A stretch of DNA of 63,882 nucleotides, counting the filler, from Candidatus Woesearchaeota archaeon (lineage in GTDB: Archaea > Nanobdellota > Nanobdellia > Woesearchaeales > BM511): the NCBI GenBank assembly GCA_023266675.1. It is 6 parts of 6 records of this genome, joined end to end, with 100 filler letters (N's around TTAATTAATTAA, not from the genome) between each part and the next. Parts side by side here need not be neighbours in the genome. Positions count along the whole stretch, not along the records: positions 1 to 21,213 come from JAHFPP010000017.1; positions 21,314 to 42,290 come from JAHFPP010000018.1; 4 more parts are not named here. The stretch is one strand, 5' to 3'. Below, one piece after another: positions 17,525-28,125 of this stretch (positions within the stretch are counted from its first letter, which is position 1; every line of letters starts with the position of its first letter). The notes under the pieces were generated by a model. That model searched no databases. It was not told the origin of the DNA and saw only the letters and a program-made list of their open reading frames with translations. A program made the position numbers and the translations under genes.

Positions 17525-18001
17525 TTATTTTATAAATCTTATCTTGTTTGTAAGGCCAAATCTTTCTTTTACAATAAGATTTTTTCTTTCAAGTGATGCA
17601 AGAAGTCTTGTTGTTTTAACTTTGGAAATTCCAAGATTTCGCACCAATTTATTCTGAAGAATTTCACCTTTGTTATCCTTTAGAGATAAAATGACTTTTT
17701 TTTCATCATCTTTTAGAAATGGTATGACTAAGTCATAGCTATTTTTTTCATTATTCATCTTAAAAACATTATTATCTTTGTCTGAGTTATAAAAAACATA
17801 GGTTATTGCGCCGCCTATAAAAAATGATGTCATGGCAATTATAATCACTTTTGTCAGCGTAAAATAATTAGAACTTGTAGTTACTTCCTGTCCGGTTTCT
17901 AATACTATCTGTATGGCTTGAGAATTCAGCATGTTTATGGCAAATACAACAATGGATGAAATAAGCAGAACCATGGCGATAACCAGTTTAAATTGTTTCA
18001 T
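17525..18001 (-). CDS. Membrane-anchored winged-helix protein (COG2512-like), 2 TM
   Basis: Two TM helices then FLKDDEKKV..GEILQNKLV..SKVKTTRLLASLERKNLIVKERFGLTN; ATG at 18001 preferred (TATA upstream). Confidence 0.8.
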   Translation of the reverse strand: MKQFKLVIAMVLLISSIVVFAINMLNSQAIQIVLETGQEVTTSSNYFTLTKVIIIAMTSFFIGGAITYVFYNSDKDNNVFKMNNEKNSYDLVIPFLKDDEKKVILSLKDNKGEILQNKLVRNLGISKVKTTRLLASLERKNLIVKERFGLTNKIRFIK

Positions 18002-18143
18002 TTTACAATAATTATTGGGATTATATATAAAAACCTTAGTTATTGGTATGTATTTGTTTGATTTCATTAAAATGAAACCAGTTTCAGGAAAGATATATAT
18101 GTCGTTTCATCTTTATTAATGTATATTTAAAATAGAGAATAAG

Positions 18144-18635
18144 GTGTATTTCATGAAAATAAATAAAAAAGAAATAAAAAGTTCAAGTAAAATAACATCT
18201 AATAACTCAAGTAGTAATTTCTGGAAAATATTGTCAATTACTTTCATACTCATTTTTTTGTTGATTATAATAGTTGGTCTTGCAAGACTTTATCATTTTA
18301 ATTCAATATTTCATAAACCTGCAAAAGAGGATTCAGCTTCAATAAATTCTATAAAGTCGGTAGTTTATGATTACATGATTAATGACGGAAAAAATACTAC
18401 AATGGATAATATACATATTTTTGACAGGGTTAAGGAGTTTGATGTAAATTACTCTAAAAAAAAATTAATAGGCGTTTTGATAACTGATGGCAATAATGAA
18501 GATTTTATTTTAGTAGATATTGATTCTAAAGAAATAATGATGGATTCACACACTGAGTTTTACGGATGGTTGAATGATTCAAAAAATAAATTTTTCAAAC
18601 CTCTTCAATATTCAAAAGAAGAGAAACGCAGATAA
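18144..18635 (+). CDS. Single-TM hypothetical protein
   Basis: N-terminal TM helix; first gene of ABC operon; ATG at 18153 is an alternative start. Confidence 0.7.
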   Translation: MYFMKINKKEIKSSSKITSNNSSSNFWKILSITFILIFLLIIIVGLARLYHFNSIFHKPAKEDSASINSIKSVVYDYMINDGKNTTMDNIHIFDRVKEFDVNYSKKKLIGVLITDGNNEDFILVDIDSKEIMMDSHTEFYGWLNDSKNKFFKPLQYSKEEKRR

Positions 18636-18655
18636 AATAACTAATAAAATAAAAA

Positions 18656-19360
18656 ATGAAACAAACTACCAAGCAAGCAAAATCAAACTCAATAATAAGG
18701 CTTGAAAAAGTCTGGAAGACTTATGTAATGGGAGAAGTTGAAGTTCATGCATTAAAAGATGTTAGCTTAGATATAGCTCGTGGAGATTTTGTTGCAATTA
18801 CAGGTACAAGCGGATCAGGTAAAAGTACCATGATGAATCTTGTAGGATGTCTTGATATTCCTTCAAAAGGTATAATCTTTCTCGATGAGAAAGACATATC
18901 CACAATGCATGAATCAGAGCTTGCGCAGATAAGAGGAAGAAAAATCGGATTCATATTTCAACAGTTTAATCTTATCCCAACTTTAACAACTCTTGAAAAT
19001 GTAATGCTTCCGCTGCAATTTCAAGATGTAGATGATGATGTTGCAAAGGAAAAGGCAACTAAACTCTTGAAACTTGTTGGCCTAGGCGACAGGATGGATC
19101 ATCGTCCAACTCAGTTATCTGGCGGGCAGCAACAAAGAGTTGCTATAGCAAGAAGCCTTGTAAATGATCCGGATGTTATTTTGGGGGATGAACCTACAGG
19201 TAACCTTGATTCAAAGACAGGGATGGAAGTACTCGATATCCTGCATAAATTGTGGAAAGATGAAGGAAAAACAATAATAATGGTAACGCATGATTTGAAA
19301 CTTGCAAGCCACGCCAAACGAATAATAAAATTAAAAGACGGTCAGATAGTGGATGATTAA
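18656..19360 (+). CDS. ABC transporter ATP-binding protein (LolD/MacB-like)
   Basis: GTSGSGKST, IGFIFQQFNL, LSGGQQQRVAIAR, DEPTGNLD. Confidence 0.95.
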   Translation: MKQTTKQAKSNSIIRLEKVWKTYVMGEVEVHALKDVSLDIARGDFVAITGTSGSGKSTMMNLVGCLDIPSKGIIFLDEKDISTMHESELAQIRGRKIGFIFQQFNLIPTLTTLENVMLPLQFQDVDDDVAKEKATKLLKLVGLGDRMDHRPTQLSGGQQQRVAIARSLVNDPDVILGDEPTGNLDSKTGMEVLDILHKLWKDEGKTIIMVTHDLKLASHAKRIIKLKDGQIVDD

Positions 19361-19403
19361 GAAATAAAATTAATAAAAAAACAATAAAGAAACAAAATAA
19401 GGA

Positions 19404-20762
19404 GTGATTGAAATGAATAAAAAAATATTTTATATATTAACAATTTTTATGGTAATATCTTTATCAAGTATTATATCATTAAATGTGTCTGCAGATCCTT
19501 TAACAGATGTAAGAATTACATTATTGAATCAAAACCCACTTCCAGCAACAATTGGAGATACAGCGGATTTGACGTTCAGTGTTGAAAATTTCGGCTCATC
19601 AGTAACAAGCAATGTTCAGATAGAATTACTCTCAGAATACCCGTTTACAGCACTTGGAGACTCCCTAAAAGATGCAGGGATACTTTACGGGTACCAAACA
19701 GGCAATAACCATGTCAGTTTAACTTATAAAATAATGGTTGATAAAGAAGTTAAAACAGGAACATACGATTTAAAATACAGATATAAAATTGGAGGCGTTG
19801 CATGGGTTGAAAAAACAATACCTATAAGCGTATCCAGCCAGACTTTTGCCCAGCTTATATACATAGACAGATCAACTTTAATGCCCGGCAAAGAGACAAA
19901 TGTAACTTTTAAAATTACAAACACAGGAAACGCACCGCTTCAAAATATGCTTTTTTCATGGTCCGAGTCAAATAGCGTAATTCTTCCAGTGCACTCTGAT
20001 AACTCACGCTATATAAAATACCTTGATACAGGCGCATCAGTTGATTTGAACTATATAGTAATTGCTGACGTTAATACAAAACCAGGATTGTACTCAATTG
20101 ATATGAATCTGAATTATCAATCAGTAAATAATGTAAGCACAAGCGTTATCAAAAGCAAAGCAGGAATGTTTATAGGCGGAGAAACAGATTTTGATGTTGC
20201 ATTTTCACAAAGCAGCCAAGGACAAACGTCCTTATCAGTGTCAAACGTGGGAAACACACCTGCACAATCAGTATCAGTTAGGATACCTATGCAGCAAAAT
20301 TACAGGATTTCAGGAACTGACACATCAATAATAGGAAATCTTGACAAAGGAGATTATACACTTGTGTCATTTCAAATAACAGCAAATACTAATTCAAGCG
20401 GTAGGAATTTTACTGTAGCAAACCTTCAAAGAGCAGTTCAGACGGAAACTTCACAGGGGTATCAACAAGGGTTTCAAAGAAACATGACAACAAGAACTGG
20501 GACTACTGGAAATCAAAATGGACTTAGAGTATTAATCGATTATACTGATACAACCGGTGAGCGAAGGACAGTTGAGAAATTTGTGTAAATACAATTCAGA
20601 GATACAAGTGCAGCAGGCGTTTTAGCAAATGGTAGAACCGTAGCTCAAACAAGTTTTATTGGTAGCACAAATTTTTATATTTTGATTGCAGCAGCATTGA
20701 TTGTTATTGGATGGGTAATTTATAGAAGAAGAAAATCAAAACTTGGAAATAACAAAAAATAA
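19404..20762 (+). pseudogene. COG1361-like S-layer-domain protein interrupted by in-frame TAA (20586-20588) before its C-terminal TM anchor
   Basis: Signal peptide, Ig-like repeats (ITNTGNAP, SNVGNTPA, IGNLDKGDYT); frame continues 57 codons to FYILIAAALIVIGWVIYRRRK. Confidence 0.7.
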
Positions 20763-20794
20763 TAAGAGATTAAAAACTGAATATAAACCACAAA

Positions 20795-21213
20795 ATGAAA
20801 TTAACAAAATCATTGACACTTGCACTGAATATATTGTTTCACAGCAAAATTAGAAGCTGGCTTACAATAATAGGCATAGTTATTGGAGTTGCTGCTATAG
20901 TTGCAATAGTCTCAATTGGAGAAGGAGCACAGGCAAGTGTTAATGCAAGACTTAGTGGACTTGGCGCAGATTTAATAACGGTTTCTCCGGGATTTGAAAG
21001 AGCGGGAGGAGGATTTAGAGGTTTTGGTGGAGGCGGCGGTGCAGGAGGAGGACAGTCTACAACGCAGCAAAAAAACCTTACAATAAAAGATATTCAAGTT
21101 ATCAGATCTATCGATGGCGTAAGCTTTGTAAATGGAATAGTCAGCGGAAGAGTTAATGTATATTACCTTGCGCAGTCTTCATCAATAAATATTCAGGGAG
21201 TTGACCCGCTTGC
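20795..21213 (+). CDS. ABC transporter permease (MacB/FtsX-like), truncated by gap
   Basis: RSWLTIIGIVIGVAAIVAIVSIGEG, LGADLITV. Confidence 0.92.
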
Positions 21214-21313
21214 NNNNNNNNNNNNNNNNNNNNNNNNNNNNNNNNNNNNNNNNNNNNTTAATTAATTAANNNNNNNNNNNNNNNNNNNNNNNNNNNNNNN
21301 NNNNNNNNNNNNN
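21214..21313. other. Artificial contig linker (N run with TTAATTAATTAA)
   Basis: Same 100-nt spacer at 42291-42390, 48405-48504, 54200-54299 and 59774-59873. Confidence 0.97.
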
Positions 21314-21315
21314 AT

Positions 21316-21795
21316 TTTGAAGCAAACTTCATCTTCATAGGCACAATGAACCCGCAGGACATAAACACCGAGCCAATTTCTGACGTATTTCTAGACAGAG
21401 TTGACTTGATATATATGGATTACCCAGAGTCACAGGAAATCGAGGAAAAAATCGTGAAGAAATATGGAAAAACAATTGTTCCAACGCCTAGCTTCTTATT
21501 CTCCGGAATGATAGAATTCATAAGAATATTAAGGGAAGACGAGAACCTTGAAAAAACTCCGTCAGTAAGAGCATCACTTGGCCTTTATGAAAGAGCTCAG
21601 GCAAATGCTTTGATTGAGAAAAACAGCGCAGTAAGTTTCAAGAATTTCAACGAAGCTGTAATGTCAGTTTTATCCCACAGGATTAAACTTAAACCAAGCA
21701 AAAAATACTTGCAGTCACCAGAACAATATCTTGAAGAAAAATTCAAAACTTTTTCAAAAAACGCGGGACTTGCTGGCAAGAGTGAGTCTCCCTAG
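21316..21795 (+). CDS. AAA+ ATPase (MoxR/ChlI-like), C-terminal part
   Basis: FIFIGTMNP, FLDRV, YPESQEIE, PSVRASL, VLSHRI; upstream of vWA gene. Confidence 0.8.
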   Translation, partial: FEANFIFIGTMNPQDINTEPISDVFLDRVDLIYMDYPESQEIEEKIVKKYGKTIVPTPSFLFSGMIEFIRILREDENLEKTPSVRASLGLYERAQANALIEKNSAVSFKNFNEAVMSVLSHRIKLKPSKKYLQSPEQYLEEKFKTFSKNAGLAGKSESP

Positions 21796-23002
21796 TGTGC
21801 AGGATGAGAAATCTGTAGAGTTTGAAAAAGACAAAGACAAGAAGCTTGGCGAAGGAGAGCATTCGTCAGAGATGGATGGAAAACTCAAAAGCCAAAATGA
21901 GTCTGACAAGCTCATGCATTCAGTGATTGAAGCTGACGAAGAGACTATTGATTTTGGAAAACTTCTAAACGACGCAATAAACCAGGGAATGGGCTCATTC
22001 ACGCCTGACCTTATGTTTGACCAGATGGTAAAAAATTATGCTATGGCAAAAAAGCTTTTTGGCGAAACGCTGATACGAGAAGCAACTGGATACGACCCTG
22101 ATTATATTCAAAAAAACATTAGGATTCCAGAGTTTCAACGGGAGCTTCAAAAGAAACTCAAAGACAGAGTCGAGAAGCTAAAGAAAGAAGGGCTTATCGA
22201 CAAAGAAGGAGATTTGACCGATAAAGGTCTTGAACTTGCGTCACTAGTCATGTACGTTGAAGAGCTTGACAAGCTTGAACCAAAAGGTTTTTACGGCGAA
22301 AAAACCCATAAGAAAAATGCTAGATATGGTCTTGCCGAAGATTATAAAAATTACAAAAAAGGCGATATATACCGAGATATTGCTGTGAGAAAAACAGTGA
22401 AGACTGCTGCAAGAAGAGGGCACTCAAGAATAATAAAAGAGGATTTGAAAGTTTACGAAAAGAAATCAAAAGCCCACATTTATATTATATACGGCCTTGA
22501 CGCGTCAGGCTCTATGAAAGGCGATAAAATCTCTCTTTCAAAAAAAGCAGGTATAGCACTTGCATACAAAGCTATCAGCGAGAAAGACAAAGTTGGCATG
22601 ATAGCGTTTGGCTCTGACATAAAAGAAAAAGTCGCGCCAACAAACGATTTTATGCATTTGCTGCGGACAATAACAAAAGTCAAGGCGTCAATGGAGACAA
22701 ATATTCAAAAAACGATTTCTGAAGCAGTTGACATGTTTCCTGAAACTGATGCAACTAAGCACCTGATTCTTTTGACTGATGCGCTTCCAACAACAGGAAA
22801 AGACCCTGAGCGAGAAGTTCTTGACGAAGTTGCAAAAGCTAAAAACGCAAAAGTTACGATATCAATTGTAGGAATAAACCTTGACGACAAAGGAAGAAGG
22901 TTTGCGGAAAAGATTGTTGAACTTGGTAGTGGAAAACTATATGTTTGTAAAGACATTGAAGAGCTTGACCAGATTGTTCTTGAAGATTATTATAGTCTTT
23001 GA
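21731..23002 (+). CDS. von Willebrand factor A domain protein (partner of AAA ATPase)
   Basis: MIDAS DASGS, DIAVRKTV, TNI, ILLTDALPT; true start probably slightly downstream. Confidence 0.88.
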   Translation: MKKNSKLFQKTRDLLARVSLPSVQDEKSVEFEKDKDKKLGEGEHSSEMDGKLKSQNESDKLMHSVIEADEETIDFGKLLNDAINQGMGSFTPDLMFDQMVKNYAMAKKLFGETLIREATGYDPDYIQKNIRIPEFQRELQKKLKDRVEKLKKEGLIDKEGDLTDKGLELASLVMYVEELDKLEPKGFYGEKTHKKNARYGLAEDYKNYKKGDIYRDIAVRKTVKTAARRGHSRIIKEDLKVYEKKSKAHIYIIYGLDASGSMKGDKISLSKKAGIALAYKAISEKDKVGMIAFGSDIKEKVAPTNDFMHLLRTITKVKASMETNIQKTISEAVDMFPETDATKHLILLTDALPTTGKDPEREVLDEVAKAKNAKVTISIVGINLDDKGRRFAEKIVELGSGKLYVCKDIEELDQIVLEDYYSL

Positions 23003-23031
23003 AAAAAACAAAAATAACTTTTTTAACATTG

Positions 23032-23757
23032 TTAATCAAAACTAAGAAAACTATTTACATATTTATCAAAAAAAGTCTCATTTACATTAGATGAATTACC
23101 ATAATTAGGGAATTTTGAGCAATCATAATCCTTAAATTCTTTTCCATAAACTCCACATTTACAATCGATACATTGTCCTATACAAGAATTTGATTTAAAG
23201 ATAGAGGGTAGTTTGATTCCGTCACAAGAACATTTTTCTTGATTATATAAGAAGAAGTTTCCTGTCTTTTTAGTACACACTTGAGAGGATAAGCTAAGAG
23301 AGGTGTAGAACACTATTATCAGAATTGTTAAATAAATTAGTAATTTAGAAATCTTTCTTTCATTCTTATCTGAAAGTCTAAATCTACAATAAAGTTTTAT
23401 AAATAAAAGATTAAATGCAGAATTAATAGCTATAATTAGAGATATCCAAAAGATTATCTGTAAGATAAATTCAATAATGGACCATAAGAAATCATTAAAG
23501 AGATTATTTATTACGAATGAATATAAACCAATAAAAACTATTAATAAAACTATAGGGATAGTAAAAAAATAAATCGTTGAAAAAATTAATTTATTTTTAA
23601 AACCTTTTGTGAAGAAAGGAAATATAATAAAACCAATGAGTGGTAATATTGTTATAATAGGATACCCGGGAAGTAAAATAGGAAATATAAAGTTTAAAAT
23701 CTGAGAAATTATTACGAATACTAAAGCCTCTTTACTAAATAATTTATTTTTCTGCAT
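23032..23757 (-). CDS. Membrane protein with Cys-rich C-terminal domain
   Basis: ~5 TM segments followed by CSCDG..CIGQCIDCKC..C. Confidence 0.7.
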   Translation of the reverse strand: MQKNKLFSKEALVFVIISQILNFIFPILLPGYPIITILPLIGFIIFPFFTKGFKNKLIFSTIYFFTIPIVLLIVFIGLYSFVINNLFNDFLWSIIEFILQIIFWISLIIAINSAFNLLFIKLYCRFRLSDKNERKISKLLIYLTILIIVFYTSLSLSSQVCTKKTGNFFLYNQEKCSCDGIKLPSIFKSNSCIGQCIDCKCGVYGKEFKDYDCSKFPNYGNSSNVNETFFDKYVNSFLSFD

Positions 23758-23828
23758 CAGACTAGTATAATAGTTGGATATTTAAAATAGTTTCTACCAA
23801 AAAAATAAAAGAAGAAGTTTGTTAGTAT

Positions 23829-24428
23829 TCAGAACGTCATTGAATTGATTACTTTTTCAATCCCCTTAAAGTCAGAAATTATTTTTAGCGGCTTTCCTTT
23901 TTCAAGACGTTTTCTGTCGTGAAACCCGTAGTCGACAGCGATTGTTTTTATTCCGATTTTATTTGCTTCCAAGATGTCGCCAAGCGTGTCTGTGACAAAG
24001 ATACATTCGTTTTTCTTCAGTTTATGCTTTTTAAGTATCATATTAAATTTGTGCTCTTTTGATGTATGCGTCTCGTACCCAAGGACTTCATCAAAGAGGT
24101 GTATAATGTTATTATTCTCAAAGTAAAGGTTGAGTGTTGATTCGCTGTTTGAGCTTATTATGTATAAATTATACTTTTTTTTCAGTTTCAAAAGTTCTTT
24201 TTTTATCTCCCGTTCAATCTTTAAGAGAAGATATTTTTCGTGCTGAAGCGTAAGAAACTCTGCCCTGAATTTTTTTATGACTTTTTTATGGGAATAGATG
24301 TTGCCGTTAAACATATTCTTGTATTGCTTAAGCGTCAAATCTGGATAAAATATTTTTGCAACACTGTATGCAATCTTTAAAGTGTCGTGTATAACGCCGT
24401 CAAAGTCAAGTATCACTGATTTAATCAT
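23829..24428 (-). CDS. HAD-superfamily hydrolase (phosphoglycolate phosphatase-like)
   Basis: MIKSVILDFDGVIHDT, ISSN, FVTDTLGDI, VDYGF; start moved to ATG at 24428. Confidence 0.9.
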   Translation of the reverse strand: MIKSVILDFDGVIHDTLKIAYSVAKIFYPDLTLKQYKNMFNGNIYSHKKVIKKFRAEFLTLQHEKYLLLKIEREIKKELLKLKKKYNLYIISSNSESTLNLYFENNNIIHLFDEVLGYETHTSKEHKFNMILKKHKLKKNECIFVTDTLGDILEANKIGIKTIAVDYGFHDRKRLEKGKPLKIISDFKGIEKVINSMTF

Positions 24429-24541
24429 TTTTATTAAAAAGTTAAATTGGTTTATAATTATAACTAAAAACATCCAGAATAGGATTATATCTGAGTTAGA
24501 ATATGTGCACAATAACTTTTATAAATTGATACTACTTTCTA

Positions 24542-26454
24542 ATGATAATGTTAGAGGAAGAATTAGGAGCTGTCGATGCTGAAACTATTTCTATCCTGTT
24601 TAAAAACCAGCAGTTGCATACTGGCAAAGCATTAAGTCAATGGGATTATGGATTAGAATCGAGTTCTGAACGAAAACAGTTGTTGGATGATTTTTTCTAT
24701 ATTCCGCTGAATAAAAGACTAGCGACCCAATGGGTAATTCAGGAAAAAACAAAAAGACGAATAAAAGTCAGATTCGTTCCAAAGCATGGATTTGAAGAAG
24801 TTGAAGAAGACAGGGATGTTCCAATAAACAATTTTTGCATGAGCTCCCCCCGAGTGATGGGTGGACACAATCAAAAATACATTGATATAATCAAAAAAAA
24901 TAAACTGGAAGAGATATTAAGTTTATATGAATCATCCTGGACACAGCCTCTTCCAACTATTGACACAATACAGAAAAGACAGCTATTTCTTCGTGATATA
25001 GTAGACAACCCATCTTATTCAAAAACACTTGAAAATATTGCGCAAGCAGTTAATAATATGCTGGTTCCTCATCTTCATCTTTCCTCGCTTACAAAACTAT
25101 TGATTTCAAATGAACTTGGCTCGTCAGAAAGCGGAGCGATCCATTGGCAAGAGCAGGACCCTTTTTATCAGGATTATCTTCGTTTCTGTAAAGATTTCAC
25201 CCATTGGTTTAAACAGGCAAAAACAATTTCAGAAAATGTTTTAGCNNNNNNNNNNTAGCGTCAACAAAATTTTTGGATGGTTTTGCAGTTCTGATTGATG
25301 AAAGTCCTCTTTTTAAATCGTATAGATTTGCAGAAGAGATAGTTAATGACCCGCCGCAAACGTTTGGGATGCTAAAATACAGGCTTATGAAAACAATTGC
25401 CGAAAAGCCAATAGCAGCAAGGGAAAGGTTAGAGGAAGTTGCTGACAGTTTGCAGGCAGAGAGAATGGAGAGGGAAGTAGGTTATAGTTACTATGATTAT
25501 GGACGCATTGAAATACCCAATTATCTAAAAACAAGAACAACACTTGATAAAAAATATTTGAATCATTACATTTCACTTGAACAATGGAGAAGATTTGAAT
25601 ATTTTAGCAAATCCCCAATTCTTAGCGTGCAATGGCCATTTGCAGGGTCAGATGGAGATATTGTAAGCGCAAATATGCTTGCAAATCAGCTTATAGTTGC
25701 GGCATCGCAGGCTGAATATTTTAGAGATAATAAAGGATGGACATTGCCACAGATCCTTCCAAAAGAGGATGGAATAATTGATATTAGAGAAGGAACTTAT
25801 CCGCTTACATCAAATTTTGGAAAAGAAGAACTTACGCCAAACAACACACTCCTTGATGCGAAGAAAAGAGTTGAGATTCTCGATGGAACAAACCGCGGCG
25901 GAAAAACCATTGACATGAAGAAGACCGCATTTGCAGTTGTATGCGCATTGGCAGGAAATTATGTTCCCGCTAAGCATGGAACAAGAATCTCTCATTTTGA
26001 TAAAGTATATTTTCGCCTTAAAGGCAGCGGACTTAACGACCGCAGCGCACTTGAACAGGAACTTAATGCATATGACAGTGTTTTAAAAAATGTAAAAAAT
26101 GGATCTTCAGTATTGATATGCATAGATGAAGCATGGTCATCTACAAATGCCAAAGAAGGGGAAGCTTTGACATACGGACTTGTGAAAAGAATTTCAGAAT
26201 TGCCGACAGCGAGAGGAATGTTTGCCATTCATTATCCTCAGTTAAAACATCACTCCTTGAATATTGAAGGAGTTATCCATTCACATTTTGAATATCAGGA
26301 GATAAATGGTAATGTTTTAACTGCGCATAAAAAGCTTCCAGGAGCAAATCCTCAGCCAGGATATGCATTTGTAATGGCTAAAGCTGAGGGGCTTAATCAG
26401 CAGATTCTTGCACACGCATATTCATTAAGCAAGGTGAATACCAATGGCAAATGA
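24542..26454 (+). CDS. MutS-family ATPase-domain protein A (single gene split by a 10-N gap)
   Basis: GTNRGGKT, AGNYVPA, SALEQEL, CIDEAWSSTN, AIHY; TAGC duplicated on both sides of Ns 25246-25255, and merging restores one ~632-aa frame. Confidence 0.8.
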
Positions 26455-28099
26455 TGTCTTGGATGAAGAGACAAAGAAACTATTCACTTATCAAGATAGT
26501 ATATCAAGATGGGATTCAATGCACAGAAGAATAGATGCATTATTATCGTATGGAGTAAACTACGCGTCAGATGTTCCATCACTTGACGCTTTACTGCTAA
26601 ATCCAAAGAAGGATATTACAGCAATAAACAATCAGCTTGATTCTGTTGAGTATATTGTCATGCATAATGAATTCCTAAGACAATTCAAAAGAGGACATGA
26701 AAATGATGAAAAAAATGATGATGACAGCTTAAGACCCCCTATGCAATTCTTTTTTTCGAGTCCCTCTAAAGGGATAGAGTCCGGATGGGAAGCAAATCTT
26801 GAGAAAGTAACAGGAAACGGGCTTTCTTACATGCTGGATAGATTGGGTATTTTTGGCAAGGAGAAGAAGGAATTGATTACTATAGCTACAGAAGGGCTTA
26901 ATGATGCAATGCAATATTTTCGCCTTGCAACTAAACTGCCAAAGGAGTTGAAAACAGGAAAAAGAGTTCCTCCAAATATTTTTGATATTTGCAAACAGTA
27001 CAATGATTTTCTATCGGATAATCAAGTCACAATTGCGCTAAAATATGCTACAGATGCAACAAAATCTTATGATAAAGCGTTTAGTGATTTCTATGATGAC
27101 AAACGAAAGGAGAAATATGAAAAGATAAAGAAATTAAGAAATAAACGTGTATCAGATGCAAAAATACACAATCGTGATCCAACAGATTTACAGAGAAAAT
27201 TAGGAATATCGGAAGACAGATTAGAAGCATATGAGATAAAGCTTGCCAAAAGGCTTGTTTCAGAACTTGCACAGCAAGTCAAAACAGATGACGCGAATAA
27301 ACATATCGCAACACTTACTGAACTTCATGGAAAATGGAACTTTTCAGAATTGATGACCTATATAGAATTAGCAGATATTGCTTACAATAACCATTGGTCA
27401 CGACCGGAAATTGTGCCAAAGGAAGACAATTGTTTAATAATCCGAAACGGATATTTCTATCCATTAGGGCAAAGAAGAGGGAGAATGGTCCCAAATGACA
27501 CCTACATGAATCTGCACCTTAGCAATGAAACCAGAGTAGAGGTTCTTGAAGGAGTAAATAGTGGAGGAAAAACCGTTGATATGAAAAAAGCCCTCTATGT
27601 TGCTACACTTGCTCTTTCAGGAAGTTTTGTTCCCGCAACATATGCTCGAGTTTCTGTAAGGGATAAGATTATTCTTCGAGGCAAAGGAGATGGACAGGAC
27701 AAGTCAGCATTCCAGCAGGATGTTGCAAGAGTGAATGAGATTATTCCGCCAAACGGGCAATACTGGATTTCAGCATTGGATGAACCATTTACATCCACTG
27801 AAGCTGATGGAGGGATGTACCTTACAGCAGGCGTGATAAAAACAATGGCTGAACAAGAGAACTCTTTATTGATTCTTTCAAGCCATTACCCAAGCTTAAA
27901 CGAGATACTTGGTAATTCTCCAAAAGTCACATTCAATAATTTTCCATTTATTGTGGAAGGAGATAAAGTAACTTTTCCGCACAAAAAACGTCCGGGGAAT
28001 CTAAAAGAATATGCATATGCAATCGCTGTCGCTAAAACCAGAGAGTTTGATGTAATGACATTGAATTATGCTTCTGAATACCTTAAGAATCAGAGATAA
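26444..28099 (+). CDS. MutS-family ATPase-domain protein B
   Basis: WSRPEI, GVNSGGKT, SGSFVPA, SAFQQDV, LDEPFTSTE, SSHY, YAIAVAK. Confidence 0.85.
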   Translation: MANDVLDEETKKLFTYQDSISRWDSMHRRIDALLSYGVNYASDVPSLDALLLNPKKDITAINNQLDSVEYIVMHNEFLRQFKRGHENDEKNDDDSLRPPMQFFFSSPSKGIESGWEANLEKVTGNGLSYMLDRLGIFGKEKKELITIATEGLNDAMQYFRLATKLPKELKTGKRVPPNIFDICKQYNDFLSDNQVTIALKYATDATKSYDKAFSDFYDDKRKEKYEKIKKLRNKRVSDAKIHNRDPTDLQRKLGISEDRLEAYEIKLAKRLVSELAQQVKTDDANKHIATLTELHGKWNFSELMTYIELADIAYNNHWSRPEIVPKEDNCLIIRNGYFYPLGQRRGRMVPNDTYMNLHLSNETRVEVLEGVNSGGKTVDMKKALYVATLALSGSFVPATYARVSVRDKIILRGKGDGQDKSAFQQDVARVNEIIPPNGQYWISALDEPFTSTEADGGMYLTAGVIKTMAEQENSLLILSSHYPSLNEILGNSPKVTFNNFPFIVEGDKVTFPHKKRPGNLKEYAYAIAVAKTREFDVMTLNYASEYLKNQR

Positions 28100-28125
28100 T
28101 AAAAAGAATATTTGTTTTAGGAAAG

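Noticed and set aside
21214..21313. TTAATTAATTAA palindrome recurring five times
   Set aside because: Always centred in 100-nt N runs; an artificial all-frame-stop contig linker, so gene neighbourhoods across it are meaningless
21316..23002. Magnesium/cobalt chelatase or a novel system
   Set aside because: AAA+/vWA pairs are widespread; no large chelatase subunit is visible and the ATPase is truncated by the gap
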